A DNA stretch of 64,000 nucleotides from Candidatus Magasanikiibacteriota bacterium (GCA_030650025.1 JAUSEN010000009.1:29144-93143); one strand, 5' to 3'; counted from the stretch's first letter, positions 19,226-30,021 are shown. The notes: generated by a model not told the origin, from the sequence alone. Translations and numbers: made by a program.

Positions 19226-19837
19226 CTAGACGCGCGGGTGGCGCTCTCCGCGGCCGAGCAGGTTCTCGAAGAGCCCGTGCAGTTCTGCCGGGAGGTCGGC
19301 GAGCGCCTTTTCGAACGTGTCGGCCGGCTCGTGGCGGTCGATCTCGATCCTGATCCGGACCGAGAGCCCAGAGCGCGTGAAGCGCTCCTTGAGGTCGGGG
19401 CGGCTGTCGAACGCGGCCTTGAGCACCGCGCCCAGCTCCTGGGCGAGCGCCTCGGGCTCGTTGCTCTGGCTGGTCCCCGAGCCGTTGCCGCCCGCCGCCT
19501 GGTCGGTGGTGCCGCCCGTCCTGGCGGAGTTGAGCGGGTTGCCGAACATCTCGAAGAGCGAAGCGATCCCGGGCGGCATCTCGCGCGGCTGCGCGGCGAG
19601 GCCGTCGAGCTTACCTTCGTTCTGGAGACGGAGAACCTCGGCCGCGAGCGCCTTGCCCTCGGCTTTGGTGCCTCTCATGCCGAGCAGGTCGCCGACAGCG
19701 GTGTCGAGCTCGGCCCGGCTACCGAACACCACCTTCTTGCCGTCGGCGCGGTGGACCATGCCGTGCGCGCCGCAGTTGGTGCACATCTTGATCCTGGGCT
19801 TGGGCTGGTCACCCTGCCCCGTCTTCTTTCTGGTCAT
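19226..19837 (-). CDS. GC-rich orphan protein with CxxC (class-2 gene D)
   Basis: ATG preceded by GGAAGGAAGGT; 42/60 GC in line 19321; promoter TTTACA-N17-TACACT at 19936-19964. Confidence 0.7.
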   Translation of the reverse strand: MTRKKTGQGDQPKPRIKMCTNCGAHGMVHRADGKKVVFGSRAELDTAVGDLLGMRGTKAEGKALAAEVLRLQNEGKLDGLAAQPREMPPGIASLFEMFGNPLNSARTGGTTDQAAGGNGSGTSQSNEPEALAQELGAVLKAAFDSRPDLKERFTRSGLSVRIRIEIDRHEPADTFEKALADLPAELHGLFENLLGRGERHPRV

Positions 19838-20092
19838 TGGCCACCTTCCTTCCGCTCCCTCGTGATTGAGGGGAAGAAAGTCGACAACTGTTATCGCCTA
19901 TCTTCCCATCAATACGAATCAGAAAATGACTAGGAAGTGTAGCAAAAAAAGAGATATGTGTAAAGGCTCAAAATTGAACGCTGACCTTACCCTGTGGATA
20001 ATTTTTATATAAAAAGTCGGCCAAACTATTTTTTTATCTAACTTTAGCCAAAAAATTACTGCTCTTGACAACCACTTATCCGCCAGTTCCAT

Positions 20093-20121
20093 TTGACAAA
20101 CTATTCATTATTATATATAAT
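20093..20121 (+). promoter_or_regulatory. Consensus sigma70 promoter of rpoBC
   Basis: TTGACA-N17-TATAAT. Confidence 0.8.
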
Positions 20122-20355
20122 GCCGACACTTTCATAACTTTCGTCCGTGTACTCTGCTCGATTTTTGCTAAATTTAGCCTAAATTTGGGGAGTATGCTGC
20201 GCCCTTTGGGCGCCCTTGCCATGCGCTTTGCCATGCACTTTAGTTAGAATCAATTTCGCCAAACCCCGCCCGGGCGATTTTTTTGTTGTTAACTCTCGAA
20301 ATTTTCAAGCCTCGAGTTTATTACAGAGGCGAAGAAAATTTAGCAAGAGTTAACA

Positions 20356-20392
20356 ATCCGCCGAAGTTCTGCGAAGCAGAACGTAGGCGGAT
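20356..20392. repeat. ATCCGCC...GGCGGAT palindrome in rpoB leader
   Basis: atccgccgaagttctgcgaagcagaacgtaggcggat. Confidence 0.7.
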
Positions 20393-20493
20393 AACTAAAT
20401 GGGCAAATAGCTGAATTGAAAAAAATTTAAGCGGCGCAAAATTTTGAAAATAAAAACAAAATTTAAATTTTTTTAAACTTAAACTCTTCCTCT

Positions 20494-23400
20494 ATGCCCA
20501 TGTTCAAACGCCAGCCTTTAAAAAAGTTTGAGCGGGTGTTTTTTGGTAACACGCAAAGTGCCATGCCGACTCCGGATTTAATTGAGATCCAAAAAAACTC
20601 TTATGACTGGTTTTTAAAATTTGGCATTAAAGAATTGTTTGAAGAAGTTTCGCCGATTACGGATTTTTCCGGGCGCGATTTAGAACTGCATTTAGACGGC
20701 TATTATTTGGACGAACCTCGTTTTGACGAAGTCACTTGCCGCCAGCGCAACATTACCTTTGAGGCTCCCCTGCGCGTTACCGCGCGCCTCCTTAATAAGC
20801 GCACTCAAGAAGTCAAGACCCAAGAAATTTATTTGGGCGATGTGCCGGTTATGACGGAACGGGGCACGTTTGTGGTTAACGGCATTGAGCGTGTGGTGGT
20901 TTCGCAATTGATTCGTTCCGCCGGCGCCTTTTTTACCGCCGAAAATGTCCGTGGCCGCCGCTACTATGGGGCCAAAATCATTCCTAATCGCGGCGCCTGG
21001 ATTGAAATTGAAACCGACCAGAGCAACGTTGTCTGGATTAAAGTAGACCGCAAGCGCAAAGTCGCGGCCACTTCTTTAATCCGCGCTTTTGGCATGAAAA
21101 GTAATGAAGATATTGCCCAGGCTTTCGCTGGTGTTAATAAACATCCGAGCCTTGATTTTGTGGAAGCCACCATTAAAAAAGACAACGCCACCAGCATGGA
21201 TGAAGGTTTAATTGAAGTGTACAAGCGCATCCGCCCGGGCGACCTCGCCACCGCCGACAATGCCAAGAGTTTGATTTACGCTATGTTCTTTAATTTTGAA
21301 CGCTATGATTTAGGTCGCGTTGGCGTTTACAAATTTAACACCAAATTCGACCTCGGTTATTCCTATGAGGATTTTGAGAAAAAAGAAAATCGTGTTTTGT
21401 CCCTCGAAAAATTATTATTAGTTCTTAAAGAAATAGTGCGCTTAAATATATCGCAAGAAGAACCGGATGATGTTGACCATCTTGGCAACCGCCGCGTGCG
21501 AGCGGTTGGCGAACTAACCCAAAACCGCTTCCGCGTGGGGTTAGCCCGCATGGAGCGCATTATCAAGGACCGCATGAGCACATATGATATTAACGACCTC
21601 TCTCCTAATAAACTCATCAACGCCCGGCCGGTCACGAGCGCCATTCGTGAATTTTTTATGAGTTCGCAGTTAAGTCAGTTCATGGACCAAACTAATCCTT
21701 TGGCCGAGCTCGAACACAAGCGCCGCCTTTCCGCCCTCGGGCCCGGTGGCTTATCGCGCGACCGCGCTGGCTTTGAAGTGCGCGACGTGCACACCACCCA
21801 CTATGGCCGCATTTGCCCGATTGCCACCCCCGAAGGCCCAAATATCGGCCTCGTTAACCACCTGTCTAGCTACGCGCGTATTAATGAATTTGGTTTTATC
21901 GAAACTCCTTACCGCAAAGTCCTGCGCGAAGTAGCGAATGACCCCAAGCTGTCCGAGGGCGAAATTGTGCGCGGCGATATTGCCGGCGCGAGTGATGGCG
22001 CGGTTATCACCGCCGACCTGGCCGCGAAACTCGCTAAAGCGAAGCTCAAAACTATTCCCGTTCGCTCCCGTCTCACCAACGAAATTATTTATCTCAATTC
22101 TTTTAAAGAAGAAAAAGTTATCACCGCCGCGGCTAGCGTGAAAACCGATGAGTCCGGCTATTTTCTCGAGCGTGAAGTGCCGGCCCGCGTTAATGGCAAA
22201 CCCAGTGTTTCTCTCACTGAAAATCTTGATTATGTTGACGTTGCCTCTAACGAAATTGTCAGCATCGCCACTTCAATGATCCCGTTTTTAGAGCATGATG
22301 ACGCCACCCGCGCCTTGATGGGCACTAACATGCAGCGCCAGGCCGTGCCTTGCATCCGCCCCGAGCCACCGCTCGTGGGCACTGGCATTGAACATGAAGG
22401 CGCCAAATATAGCGGCCAAGCTGTGATTGCCCCGGAGGATGGCGAAATCTCGGCTCTTGATGGCAGCCAAATTATTCTTAAGACCAAAAAAGGCAAGGAT
22501 ATTAAATTTGATCTCAATAAATTTGTCCGCTCCAACGCGTCTACCTGCATCAATCAGCATCCGTCCGTAAGTCTTGGCGACAAAGTTAAACGCGGTGATT
22601 TTCTCTCTGATGGGCCGAGCATCTCGCAAGGCGAGCTGGCTCTTGGCCAAAACGTGTTGGTGGCTTACATGGTGTGGGACGGTTTTAACTACGAAGACGC
22701 GGTGATCCTCTCCGAGCGCTTGGTGCAAAGCGATCGCTACAGCTCTATTCATATTGAAGACTATACTATTGATGTTTGCGAAACAAAACTTGGGCCCGAA
22801 GTTGTTACTAGCGATATCCCGAACGTCAGTGAAGAAAAACTTAAAAATCTTGATTCCGAGGGCATCATTCGCATCGGCGCCGAAGTAAAAAGCGGCGATA
22901 TTCTGGTAGGTAAAATTACTCCAAAAGGCGAGACCGAGCTCTCGGCCGAGGAAAGGCTCCTGCGCGCTATTTTTGGCGAAAAAGCCCGCGATGTGCGCGA
23001 TTCTTCGCTGTATCTCGAACATGGCGAGCATGGCAAAGTAATTGATATCAAAGTTTTCTCCGCGGAAAATGGCGATAAACTCGAACCTGGCGTTATTAAA
23101 CAAATTCAAGTCACCGTGGCGGATCTGCGCAAAATTCAAGTCGGCGACAAAATGGCTGGCCGCCACGGTAACAAAGGTGTTATTTCTCGCGTGGTGCCCG
23201 CGGCTGATATGCCGTTTTTAGAAGATGGCACTCCGGTAGACATCATTCTCTCGCCCCTCGGTGTTATTTCTCGTATGAACCTCGGCCAACTTCTCGAAAC
23301 TCACCTTGGCCTCGCGGCCAATGCTTTGGGTTACAAGGCCGCTTCTCCAGTTTTGAATGGCATAAAAGAAGAGCAGATTAAAGGTGAACTGCAAAAAGCG

Positions 23401-23931
23401 GGTATGCCTACTTCTGGCCAAGTTCAACTTTACGATGGCCGCACCGGCGAACCTTTTGACAATAAAACCACCATTGGTTACAACTACATGCTGAAATTAA
23501 ACCACATGGTAGAAGATAAAATTCACCAGCGCAGTATTGGGCCTTACAGCTTAATCACGCAACAGCCCCTTGGCGGTAAAGCGCAATTTGGCGGCCAGCG
23601 GTTTGGCGAAATGGAAGTTTGGGCGCTCGAAGCCTATGGCGCCGCGCACACTTTGCAAGAAATGCTCACTATCAAGAGCGACGATGTGCAGGGTCGCTCT
23701 AAAGCCTACGAAGCGATTATTAAGGGCGAACCAGTGAACAAAGTAAATATTCCGGAATCATTTAATGTTTTGGTTCGGGAACTTAAAGGTCTGTGTTTAG
23801 ACGTGGAACTTTTAAAGCGCTCCGAGTCTGGCGACTATCGCCCGGCCGAAGAAGTGCGCGCCGAAAACGAGCGCACCCGTCGCGCCGCTCCCTCCGCGTT
23901 GCCTGCCGGAGAGCCCGCCGCCGAGTCCTAA
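20494..23931 (+). CDS. rpoB: RNA polymerase beta subunit
   Basis: SQFMDQTNPLAELEHKRRLSALGPGG, GDKMAGRHGNKG, GGQRFGEME. Confidence 0.99.
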   Translation: MPMFKRQPLKKFERVFFGNTQSAMPTPDLIEIQKNSYDWFLKFGIKELFEEVSPITDFSGRDLELHLDGYYLDEPRFDEVTCRQRNITFEAPLRVTARLLNKRTQEVKTQEIYLGDVPVMTERGTFVVNGIERVVVSQLIRSAGAFFTAENVRGRRYYGAKIIPNRGAWIEIETDQSNVVWIKVDRKRKVAATSLIRAFGMKSNEDIAQAFAGVNKHPSLDFVEATIKKDNATSMDEGLIEVYKRIRPGDLATADNAKSLIYAMFFNFERYDLGRVGVYKFNTKFDLGYSYEDFEKKENRVLSLEKLLLVLKEIVRLNISQEEPDDVDHLGNRRVRAVGELTQNRFRVGLARMERIIKDRMSTYDINDLSPNKLINARPVTSAIREFFMSSQLSQFMDQTNPLAELEHKRRLSALGPGGLSRDRAGFEVRDVHTTHYGRICPIATPEGPNIGLVNHLSSYARINEFGFIETPYRKVLREVANDPKLSEGEIVRGDIAGASDGAVITADLAAKLAKAKLKTIPVRSRLTNEIIYLNSFKEEKVITAAASVKTDESGYFLEREVPARVNGKPSVSLTENLDYVDVASNEIVSIATSMIPFLEHDDATRALMGTNMQRQAVPCIRPEPPLVGTGIEHEGAKYSGQAVIAPEDGEISALDGSQIILKTKKGKDIKFDLNKFVRSNASTCINQHPSVSLGDKVKRGDFLSDGPSISQGELALGQNVLVAYMVWDGFNYEDAVILSERLVQSDRYSSIHIEDYTIDVCETKLGPEVVTSDIPNVSEEKLKNLDSEGIIRIGAEVKSGDILVGKITPKGETELSAEERLLRAIFGEKARDVRDSSLYLEHGEHGKVIDIKVFSAENGDKLEPGVIKQIQVTVADLRKIQVGDKMAGRHGNKGVISRVVPAADMPFLEDGTPVDIILSPLGVISRMNLGQLLETHLGLAANALGYKAASPVLNGIKEEQIKGELQKAGMPTSGQVQLYDGRTGEPFDNKTTIGYNYMLKLNHMVEDKIHQRSIGPYSLITQQPLGGKAQFGGQRFGEMEVWALEAYGAAHTLQEMLTIKSDDVQGRSKAYEAIIKGEPVNKVNIPESFNVLVRELKGLCLDVELLKRSESGDYRPAEEVRAENERTRRAAPSALPAGEPAAES

Positions 23932-23964
23932 AACCTTTTTTTCACGCACTTTTTTCTTACCCTT

Positions 23965-26900
23965 ATGACAACCAATCGCGACCAAATGCATTCCATGGAC
24001 TTTGACGCTATCCGTTTGCGTTTAGCCAGCCCCGAAGTAATAAGAGGCTGGAGCTATGGCGAAGTCTCTAAGCCCGAAACCATCAATTACCGCACCCAAA
24101 AACCGGAAAAAGGCGGCCTGTTTGCCGAAGAAATTTTTGGCCCTACCAAAGATTGGGAGTGTTATTGCGGCAAATATAAAAAAATCCGTTACAAAGGCAT
24201 TATCTGCGACAAGTGCGGCGTGGAGGTTACGCACTCGCTCGTGCGCCGCGAACGCATGGGGCATATCGAGTTGATCTCCCCGGTCACTCACATCTGGTTT
24301 TTGCGCTCGGTGCCTAGCAAAGTTGGCCTCGTTCTCGATCTTTCGGCCCAGGCTCTCGAGAAAGTTATTTATTTTGCTTCTTTTATTATTACGCACGTGG
24401 ATGATGACGGTAAAAAGCAAGCTTCGGATCAGTTGCGCCAAGAATACAAATCCAAGCGCAAACAAATCGACAGTGAGTTTGAAGCCGCCATTAAAACCGC
24501 CAATGATGAGAAGGCCAATGCCAAGGCTTTGAAGGCGATTCAAGATGAAACCGAACGCAAGCGCAAAGCTTTAGAGCAGGATTTTGTCCAAGCTGACAAA
24601 GAACTTAAAGAAATCCAGCTTCTGCGTATTGTTTCCGAAAATAAATACCAAGAGTTGTCCCTGCGTTATGGGCATTTGTTCGAAGCCTCGATTGGCGCCG
24701 AAGCGGTTTTCAATTTGCTTGCGCGCATTAATTTAGAGCAAACCATTGAGCACTTAACTACCGAACAACAGCAAGTAAAAGGGGCCAAATTGGAACGTAT
24801 TATTCGCCGGCGTAAACTTCTCAAGAGTTTGGCGCTTAACAAAATTCGCCCCGAATGGATGATTCTCAAAAATATCCCGGTTATTCCGCCGGATTTGCGC
24901 CCGATGGTCGCGCTCGATGGCGGCCGTTTTGCCACCAGCGACCTCAACGATTTATATCGCCGCGTTATTAACCGCAACAATCGTTTGCGCCGCCTGCTAG
25001 AACTTGATGCCCCCGAAGTTATCTGCCGTAACGAAAAGCGCATGCTTCAAGAAGCCGTGGACGCTCTGATTGATAATAGCGCCCGCCAAAGCAAAACTGT
25101 CACGGCTTCAACCGGTCAAAAACGGCAACTCCGTTCTTTGGCCGACATTCTCAAAGGCAAACAAGGGCGGTTCCGCCAAAATTTGCTTGGTAAACGCGTG
25201 GACTACTCTGGCCGCTCGGTGATCGTGGTTGGCCCCCAGCTTAACATTGACGAATGCGGCCTCCCGAAGCGCATGGCTCTAGAACTGTTCAAACCCTTTA
25301 TCATGGGCGAAATTATTAAACGGGAATTGGCCCATAATGTGCGTTCCGCCTCTCGCTTTATTGAAGCCGAACACGATGAGGTTTGGGACATTTTAGAAGA
25401 ACTTACCAAAAATACTCGCGTCTTATTAAATCGCGCCCCCACTTTGCATCGCCTTGGTATTCAGGCTTTTCACCCTCGCTTAGTTGAAGGTAAAGCCATT
25501 CAGCTTCACCCTTTGGTCTGCACGGCTTTTAACGCGGACTTTGACGGCGACCAAATGGCCGTGCACCTGCCCCTTACTGCCGAAGCGCGCGAGGAGGCCG
25601 ACACCTTAATGGCCGCGGAAAAAAATCTTCTTAAGCCCGCCACGGGCCAACCGGTTATTACCCCTAAGCAAGATATCGCGCTCGGCTGTTTTTACTTAAC
25701 CAAATACAACAGCGAGGATACCGCTCCGGTCACCAAGTTTTATGGCTCGGAAAAAGAAGCTAAACTCGCGTACAAAGCTCGCCAGGTAACTTTGCACGAA
25801 CGCATTAAAGTGCGTTTTGCCAACATGGAAAAATTCCCCGAGGGCACCTCGAATATGATCGAAACTTCGATTGGCCGGGTGATTTTTAATGATGTTATTC
25901 CGGGCAAATTGCCGTACTTCAACGAAACTATCAACGTCAAGCGCCTGGCCGAAATTATTAGGCTCTGCCTCGAAATTTATGGCCAGCAAGCGACCGCCTA
26001 CTTCTTGGACGAGCTTAAGAACATGGGCTACCGCTATGTGACGAAGAGCGGTTATTCGCTCGGCATGGACGATTTCCCTAGTATTGTGCAAAAGGGCGAC
26101 CTTATTAAAGCCGCCGACGAGATGATTCGCCAGACTGAAAGCGAATTTGGCGATGGTCTCTTGACGCAAGCCGAGCGCCACACCAAAATTTTAGAAGTCT
26201 GGACCACGACTAAAGACAAAATCCTCTCCCACACCAGGGGCGTGCTCGATAAAAATGGCCCGGTCTATGCCATGATCGATTCCGGCGCCCGCGGCACGTA
26301 TGGCCAGCTCGGCCAGGTTATGGGCATGAAGGGCTTGGTAGTTTCGCCTTCTGGCGATATCATCGAACTGCCGATTAAAGGCAACTTTAAAGAAGGCTTT
26401 GATGTGCTGGAATTTTTTATTTCAAGTCACGGCACCAGAAAAGGCCTCTCCGACACGGCCTTGCGCACTGCCAACGCCGGTTATTTAACCCGCCGTTTAG
26501 TGGATGTGTCCCAAGACGTGGTCGTTATTGAAGATAATTGTGGCGATACCTATGGCGAAATTTTCACGACCGAACAGTCCAAAGAAATGGGCGAGAAGTT
26601 AGCTGATCGCGTTTGGGGCCGCTATGTTCTGGCCGATGTTAAAGTTGGTCGCAAGACTATTGTTAAAGCGGACGAAGCGATTGATGACAAAGCCGCGCGC
26701 GTCATTGAAGAAGCTAACACAACTGGTAATCTCGACACTATTCACGTGCGTTCCATTATGCAGTGTAAATTGCCTAAAGGCGTTTGTCGCAAATGCTACG
26801 GGTTTGACCTCGCGACCAACGCCCCGGTTGCGACTGGCGCCGCGGTGGGCATTGTGGCCGCGCAAAGTATCGGCGAACCGGGCACCCAGCTTACCCTGCG

Positions 26901-27864
26901 CACCTTCCATACCGGTGGCGTCGCCGGCGGCGATATTACTCAAGGTTTGCCGCGCGTGGAAGAGTTGTTTGAAGTGCGCGTCCCCAAACATCAAGCCGTG
27001 CTCTCGGCCGTGGCCGGCCAGATAGAGATTGAAGATGCCGACGGCAAAATTATCACCTCCGCTTCAGGCAAAAAGATCTTCGAAGGCCGCCGCGGGCAGA
27101 AAATAATCAAGGTTCACTTTGAGGGCATGGATGAAATGAAAATTAAAACCAAATCCGAAGACGAAATTTTGATTAAAGATGGCGGTGAAGTTACCAAAGA
27201 CGACGTGGTCGTGGTGCGCGGCTCCTCGGGCGAAGAAATTCGCGCCAAGTATGACAGCGTCGTTAAAATCACCAAGAATACCGTGACGCTCTCTTACAAT
27301 GGCCCCAAAGTTCAAGAATATGTTGTCCCCCTGGGTTATAAACTTTTGGTTAAAGAGAAAGATATCGTAGTGAAGGGTCAGCAATTAACCGACGGCAGTA
27401 TCCATATGCAAGAATTGTACGAACTTAAGGATCGCTACGCCGTGCAACGCTATGTTTTGCAAGAAGTGCAAAACATTTATTCTTCGCAGGGTCAAAAAGT
27501 TAACGACAAACACGTTGAACTCCTCATCCGTCAAATGTTTAGCCGCGTGTATGTGGAAGACGCGGGCGATACTGATCTTCTCCCCGGCGAAATCGTGGAA
27601 AAAGGCCAGATGGTAATTGCCAACCGTTTGGCCAAAAAGGCTGGCGTTAAACTAGCCGCTGGCCGCGAGCTATTGCTTGGCATCTCTAAAGTCGCGCTCT
27701 CCACCCAAAGTTTCCTCTCTTCGGCCAGTTTCCAAGAAACCGCTCGCGTTCTCATCAACACCGCTTCCACCGGCAAAATCGATTATCTCGAGGGCCTTAA
27801 AGAAAATGTTATCATCGGCCGCCTAATTCCGGCTGGGACTGGGTTTAAACAGGCAGAAAAATAA
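23965..27864 (+). CDS. rpoC: RNA polymerase beta' subunit
   Basis: NADFDGD catalytic motif, zinc finger, GEPGTQLTLRTFH. Confidence 0.99.
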   Translation: MTTNRDQMHSMDFDAIRLRLASPEVIRGWSYGEVSKPETINYRTQKPEKGGLFAEEIFGPTKDWECYCGKYKKIRYKGIICDKCGVEVTHSLVRRERMGHIELISPVTHIWFLRSVPSKVGLVLDLSAQALEKVIYFASFIITHVDDDGKKQASDQLRQEYKSKRKQIDSEFEAAIKTANDEKANAKALKAIQDETERKRKALEQDFVQADKELKEIQLLRIVSENKYQELSLRYGHLFEASIGAEAVFNLLARINLEQTIEHLTTEQQQVKGAKLERIIRRRKLLKSLALNKIRPEWMILKNIPVIPPDLRPMVALDGGRFATSDLNDLYRRVINRNNRLRRLLELDAPEVICRNEKRMLQEAVDALIDNSARQSKTVTASTGQKRQLRSLADILKGKQGRFRQNLLGKRVDYSGRSVIVVGPQLNIDECGLPKRMALELFKPFIMGEIIKRELAHNVRSASRFIEAEHDEVWDILEELTKNTRVLLNRAPTLHRLGIQAFHPRLVEGKAIQLHPLVCTAFNADFDGDQMAVHLPLTAEAREEADTLMAAEKNLLKPATGQPVITPKQDIALGCFYLTKYNSEDTAPVTKFYGSEKEAKLAYKARQVTLHERIKVRFANMEKFPEGTSNMIETSIGRVIFNDVIPGKLPYFNETINVKRLAEIIRLCLEIYGQQATAYFLDELKNMGYRYVTKSGYSLGMDDFPSIVQKGDLIKAADEMIRQTESEFGDGLLTQAERHTKILEVWTTTKDKILSHTRGVLDKNGPVYAMIDSGARGTYGQLGQVMGMKGLVVSPSGDIIELPIKGNFKEGFDVLEFFISSHGTRKGLSDTALRTANAGYLTRRLVDVSQDVVVIEDNCGDTYGEIFTTEQSKEMGEKLADRVWGRYVLADVKVGRKTIVKADEAIDDKAARVIEEANTTGNLDTIHVRSIMQCKLPKGVCRKCYGFDLATNAPVATGAAVGIVAAQSIGEPGTQLTLRTFHTGGVAGGDITQGLPRVEELFEVRVPKHQAVLSAVAGQIEIEDADGKIITSASGKKIFEGRRGQKIIKVHFEGMDEMKIKTKSEDEILIKDGGEVTKDDVVVVRGSSGEEIRAKYDSVVKITKNTVTLSYNGPKVQEYVVPLGYKLLVKEKDIVVKGQQLTDGSIHMQELYELKDRYAVQRYVLQEVQNIYSSQGQKVNDKHVELLIRQMFSRVYVEDAGDTDLLPGEIVEKGQMVIANRLAKKAGVKLAAGRELLLGISKVALSTQSFLSSASFQETARVLINTASTGKIDYLEGLKENVIIGRLIPAGTGFKQAEK

Positions 27865-27879
27865 AATCGAATTTTATCA

Positions 27880-27910
27880 AAAACACCCAGACGTAAAGCC
27901 GGGGTGTTTT
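27880..27910. terminator. rpoC terminator (bidirectional)
   Basis: aaaacaccc...gggtgtttt. Confidence 0.65.
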
Positions 27911-27976
27911 GCTATTTGCGTTTTAATATTTTAGCGTAGAGATTTTTTTACCAAATCCGCGCTTATTTGCAAAGCA

Positions 27977-28180
27977 TTAAGCGCCATATTGTTCAAAGTA
28001 ATTTACCAACGCTAATTTTTTACCCGGATCAATATGCAGTTTTGGTAAAAATTTTTTAATCATGAGCGGATCAAGGCCGCGCAACTCCCCATAATTAATT
28101 TTACGTTCTAAAAACCACCGCCATTCGGGCGCTGTTTTTGGCCTCCAATTTTTGGTTATTTTATAATCCCACAGCTTCAT
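27977..28180 (-). CDS. Small protein resembling partners of AbiEii-type nucleotidyltransferases
   Basis: LWDY...W.LER.INYG pattern; family assignment from memory. Confidence 0.5.
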   Translation of the reverse strand: MKLWDYKITKNWRPKTAPEWRWFLERKINYGELRGLDPLMIKKFLPKLHIDPGKKLALVNYFEQYGA

Positions 28181-28325
28181 AGTATTTGACGTTAATAGTG
28201 TATAGTATATGTTTCACCGTCACAGATGTCAATTTGACATTTGACTTGATATTTTTGACATTCAGACCCAAAAAAGCTAAACTACCATCAATTAAGTTAT
28301 TTATTTATATATTTAATTAACCACT

Positions 28326-28913
28326 ATGAATATGAAGAAATATCTCGTCGAAGGGTTTGGGGCGTTTTTGTTAACGCTCGTCGTGGGTTTTTCGCTCGCG
28401 GGCGACTTCTCGGTCGCGACCCCCATTTTAGCTGGCTTAACGCTCGGACTTTTTGTGTATACGGCGGGCGGCTTCTCGGGCGCCCATATTAACCCCGCAG
28501 TTACGATTGGCGTTTGGAGCCTCAAAAAAATTAGTACCAAAGACGCCCTTAGCTATATCATTGCCCAGTTTGTGGGCGCGGGCTTTGCTATGCTCGTGGT
28601 AGGCGCTTTTGCTATGCCAGCTCCTCTCGCTATCGCTAACACTTGGGCCGTGGGGTTGGCCGAAGCGCTCGGCACCATGGTCTTTACTTTTGGCATTGCG
28701 GCTGTGGTTTACGAAAGAGTTCCGGTGGATGCCCGCGGCCTGGTCATTGGTGGCTCGCTTCTTCTTGGCATCTCTATTGCCGCCGTGGCTTCTAACGGCG
28801 TATTAAATCCGGCCGTGGCATTTGGCATTGGTTCGTTTTCTTGGGTTTACGTTCTCTCTCCCATAGTCGGCTCTCTTCTCGGCATGAATTTATATCGGTG
28901 GTTTAACAAATAA
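28326..28913 (+). CDS. Aquaporin/MIP family channel
   Basis: SGAHINPAVT and LNPAV motifs, 6 TM. Confidence 0.92.
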   Translation: MNMKKYLVEGFGAFLLTLVVGFSLAGDFSVATPILAGLTLGLFVYTAGGFSGAHINPAVTIGVWSLKKISTKDALSYIIAQFVGAGFAMLVVGAFAMPAPLAIANTWAVGLAEALGTMVFTFGIAAVVYERVPVDARGLVIGGSLLLGISIAAVASNGVLNPAVAFGIGSFSWVYVLSPIVGSLLGMNLYRWFNK

Positions 28914-28944
28914 TCATACGCCGTAAAAGCCTGCCGGATATTTT

Positions 28945-30021
28945 ATGAAATTCAAAAATTTATCAATTGGATTATTTTTTTCCGTTGTTTCGGCCGCGCT
29001 TATTTGTCTGATTTTTTATTTTTTCTCTAGCTCAGAGGCAACGCCAAACCAAGCTGGCACCCCAAGCCCTAACCAAAATAATTCGGTAACCAGTTATAGC
29101 GATGCGGCGTTTGGAATCTCTTTTTCCTATCCGTCCGCGGTGTTTAATTTAATACCAGCGAACAGCACTATTTGGCTGGAATCGCCTTATTATGTCCTAG
29201 AAAATTTTAAAGGCACGCCCGATGGCGAATTTAAACATGGCTTTACTATGCGGTTTGACTGGAAAGAGGAGCCGCTCGCCGCGTTGCTCCAAAAGGCTAA
29301 CGCCGAGGGCGCCAGCGCTATCACCACTTCCCGCGCCTTGTCTGGGTTTATGTTCGAACAGGGTATTGAGGGCATTAATATACGCACTTATTTCTTTCCA
29401 AAAAATGACCAAGAAACATTGGTAGTAGAAGTCAGCTATTTTACGGATTTTTTGAAGAGTAACGTGCGGCCTACCGCGTTTTCCGAAGCCGCTGTTATGT
29501 CTGCTATAGATACTGTGCTTAATTCGTTAGAATTTTTTAATTCTAAGAACGCCGCTAAAGTCCCGGCTGATTGGCCCACCTACCAGAATCGGGCTTTTCA
29601 CTACACCATTCAGTACCCGCCCGAGTTTTCTGCCTTGGAAGGAATCGATCCGGTAACGCAAAGCGGTATTCCGGCCGAGACTTCAAGCGCTTACGTCATA
29701 ATTAGCGACATGCCAAAAGTTGGCGAGATCCCGGGCCGCGAATATGCTGGCGTTCGGATTACAGTTTACTTTAATACCAATTTAGAATCTTGGCTTAAAA
29801 CTGATTTAGATAATTTTTCTGATTCCGCCGAGATAATTTCTAATCGTTCCACTACTTTTTCCGGCGCGCCGGCGCGCGAGGTGATCGGCTCGGGGAATTT
29901 AAGCTCGGTCTACCGGTTACTCGCAATCCCGCGCGAGCCGCATTTATTAATTATTTCGCAGGATTTAGAAACCCCGGAATTAAATCAAGTTCTTGAGTCC
30001 TTTGTTTTTCTAAATAGTTAA
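28945..30021 (+). CDS. Membrane-anchored extracellular protein with two PsbP-like repeats
   Basis: N-terminal TM; YSDAAFGISFSYP and YQNRAFHYTIQYP repeats. Confidence 0.6.
   Translation: MKFKNLSIGLFFSVVSAALICLIFYFFSSSEATPNQAGTPSPNQNNSVTSYSDAAFGISFSYPSAVFNLIPANSTIWLESPYYVLENFKGTPDGEFKHGFTMRFDWKEEPLAALLQKANAEGASAITTSRALSGFMFEQGIEGINIRTYFFPKNDQETLVVEVSYFTDFLKSNVRPTAFSEAAVMSAIDTVLNSLEFFNSKNAAKVPADWPTYQNRAFHYTIQYPPEFSALEGIDPVTQSGIPAETSSAYVIISDMPKVGEIPGREYAGVRITVYFNTNLESWLKTDLDNFSDSAEIISNRSTTFSGAPAREVIGSGNLSSVYRLLAIPREPHLLIISQDLETPELNQVLESFVFLNS

Noticed and set aside
19965-20092. Replication origin (TGTGGATAA DnaA box at 19993-20001 at a gene-orientation switch)
   Set aside because: Only one perfect box, no dnaA/dnaN nearby, and skew cannot be computed here.
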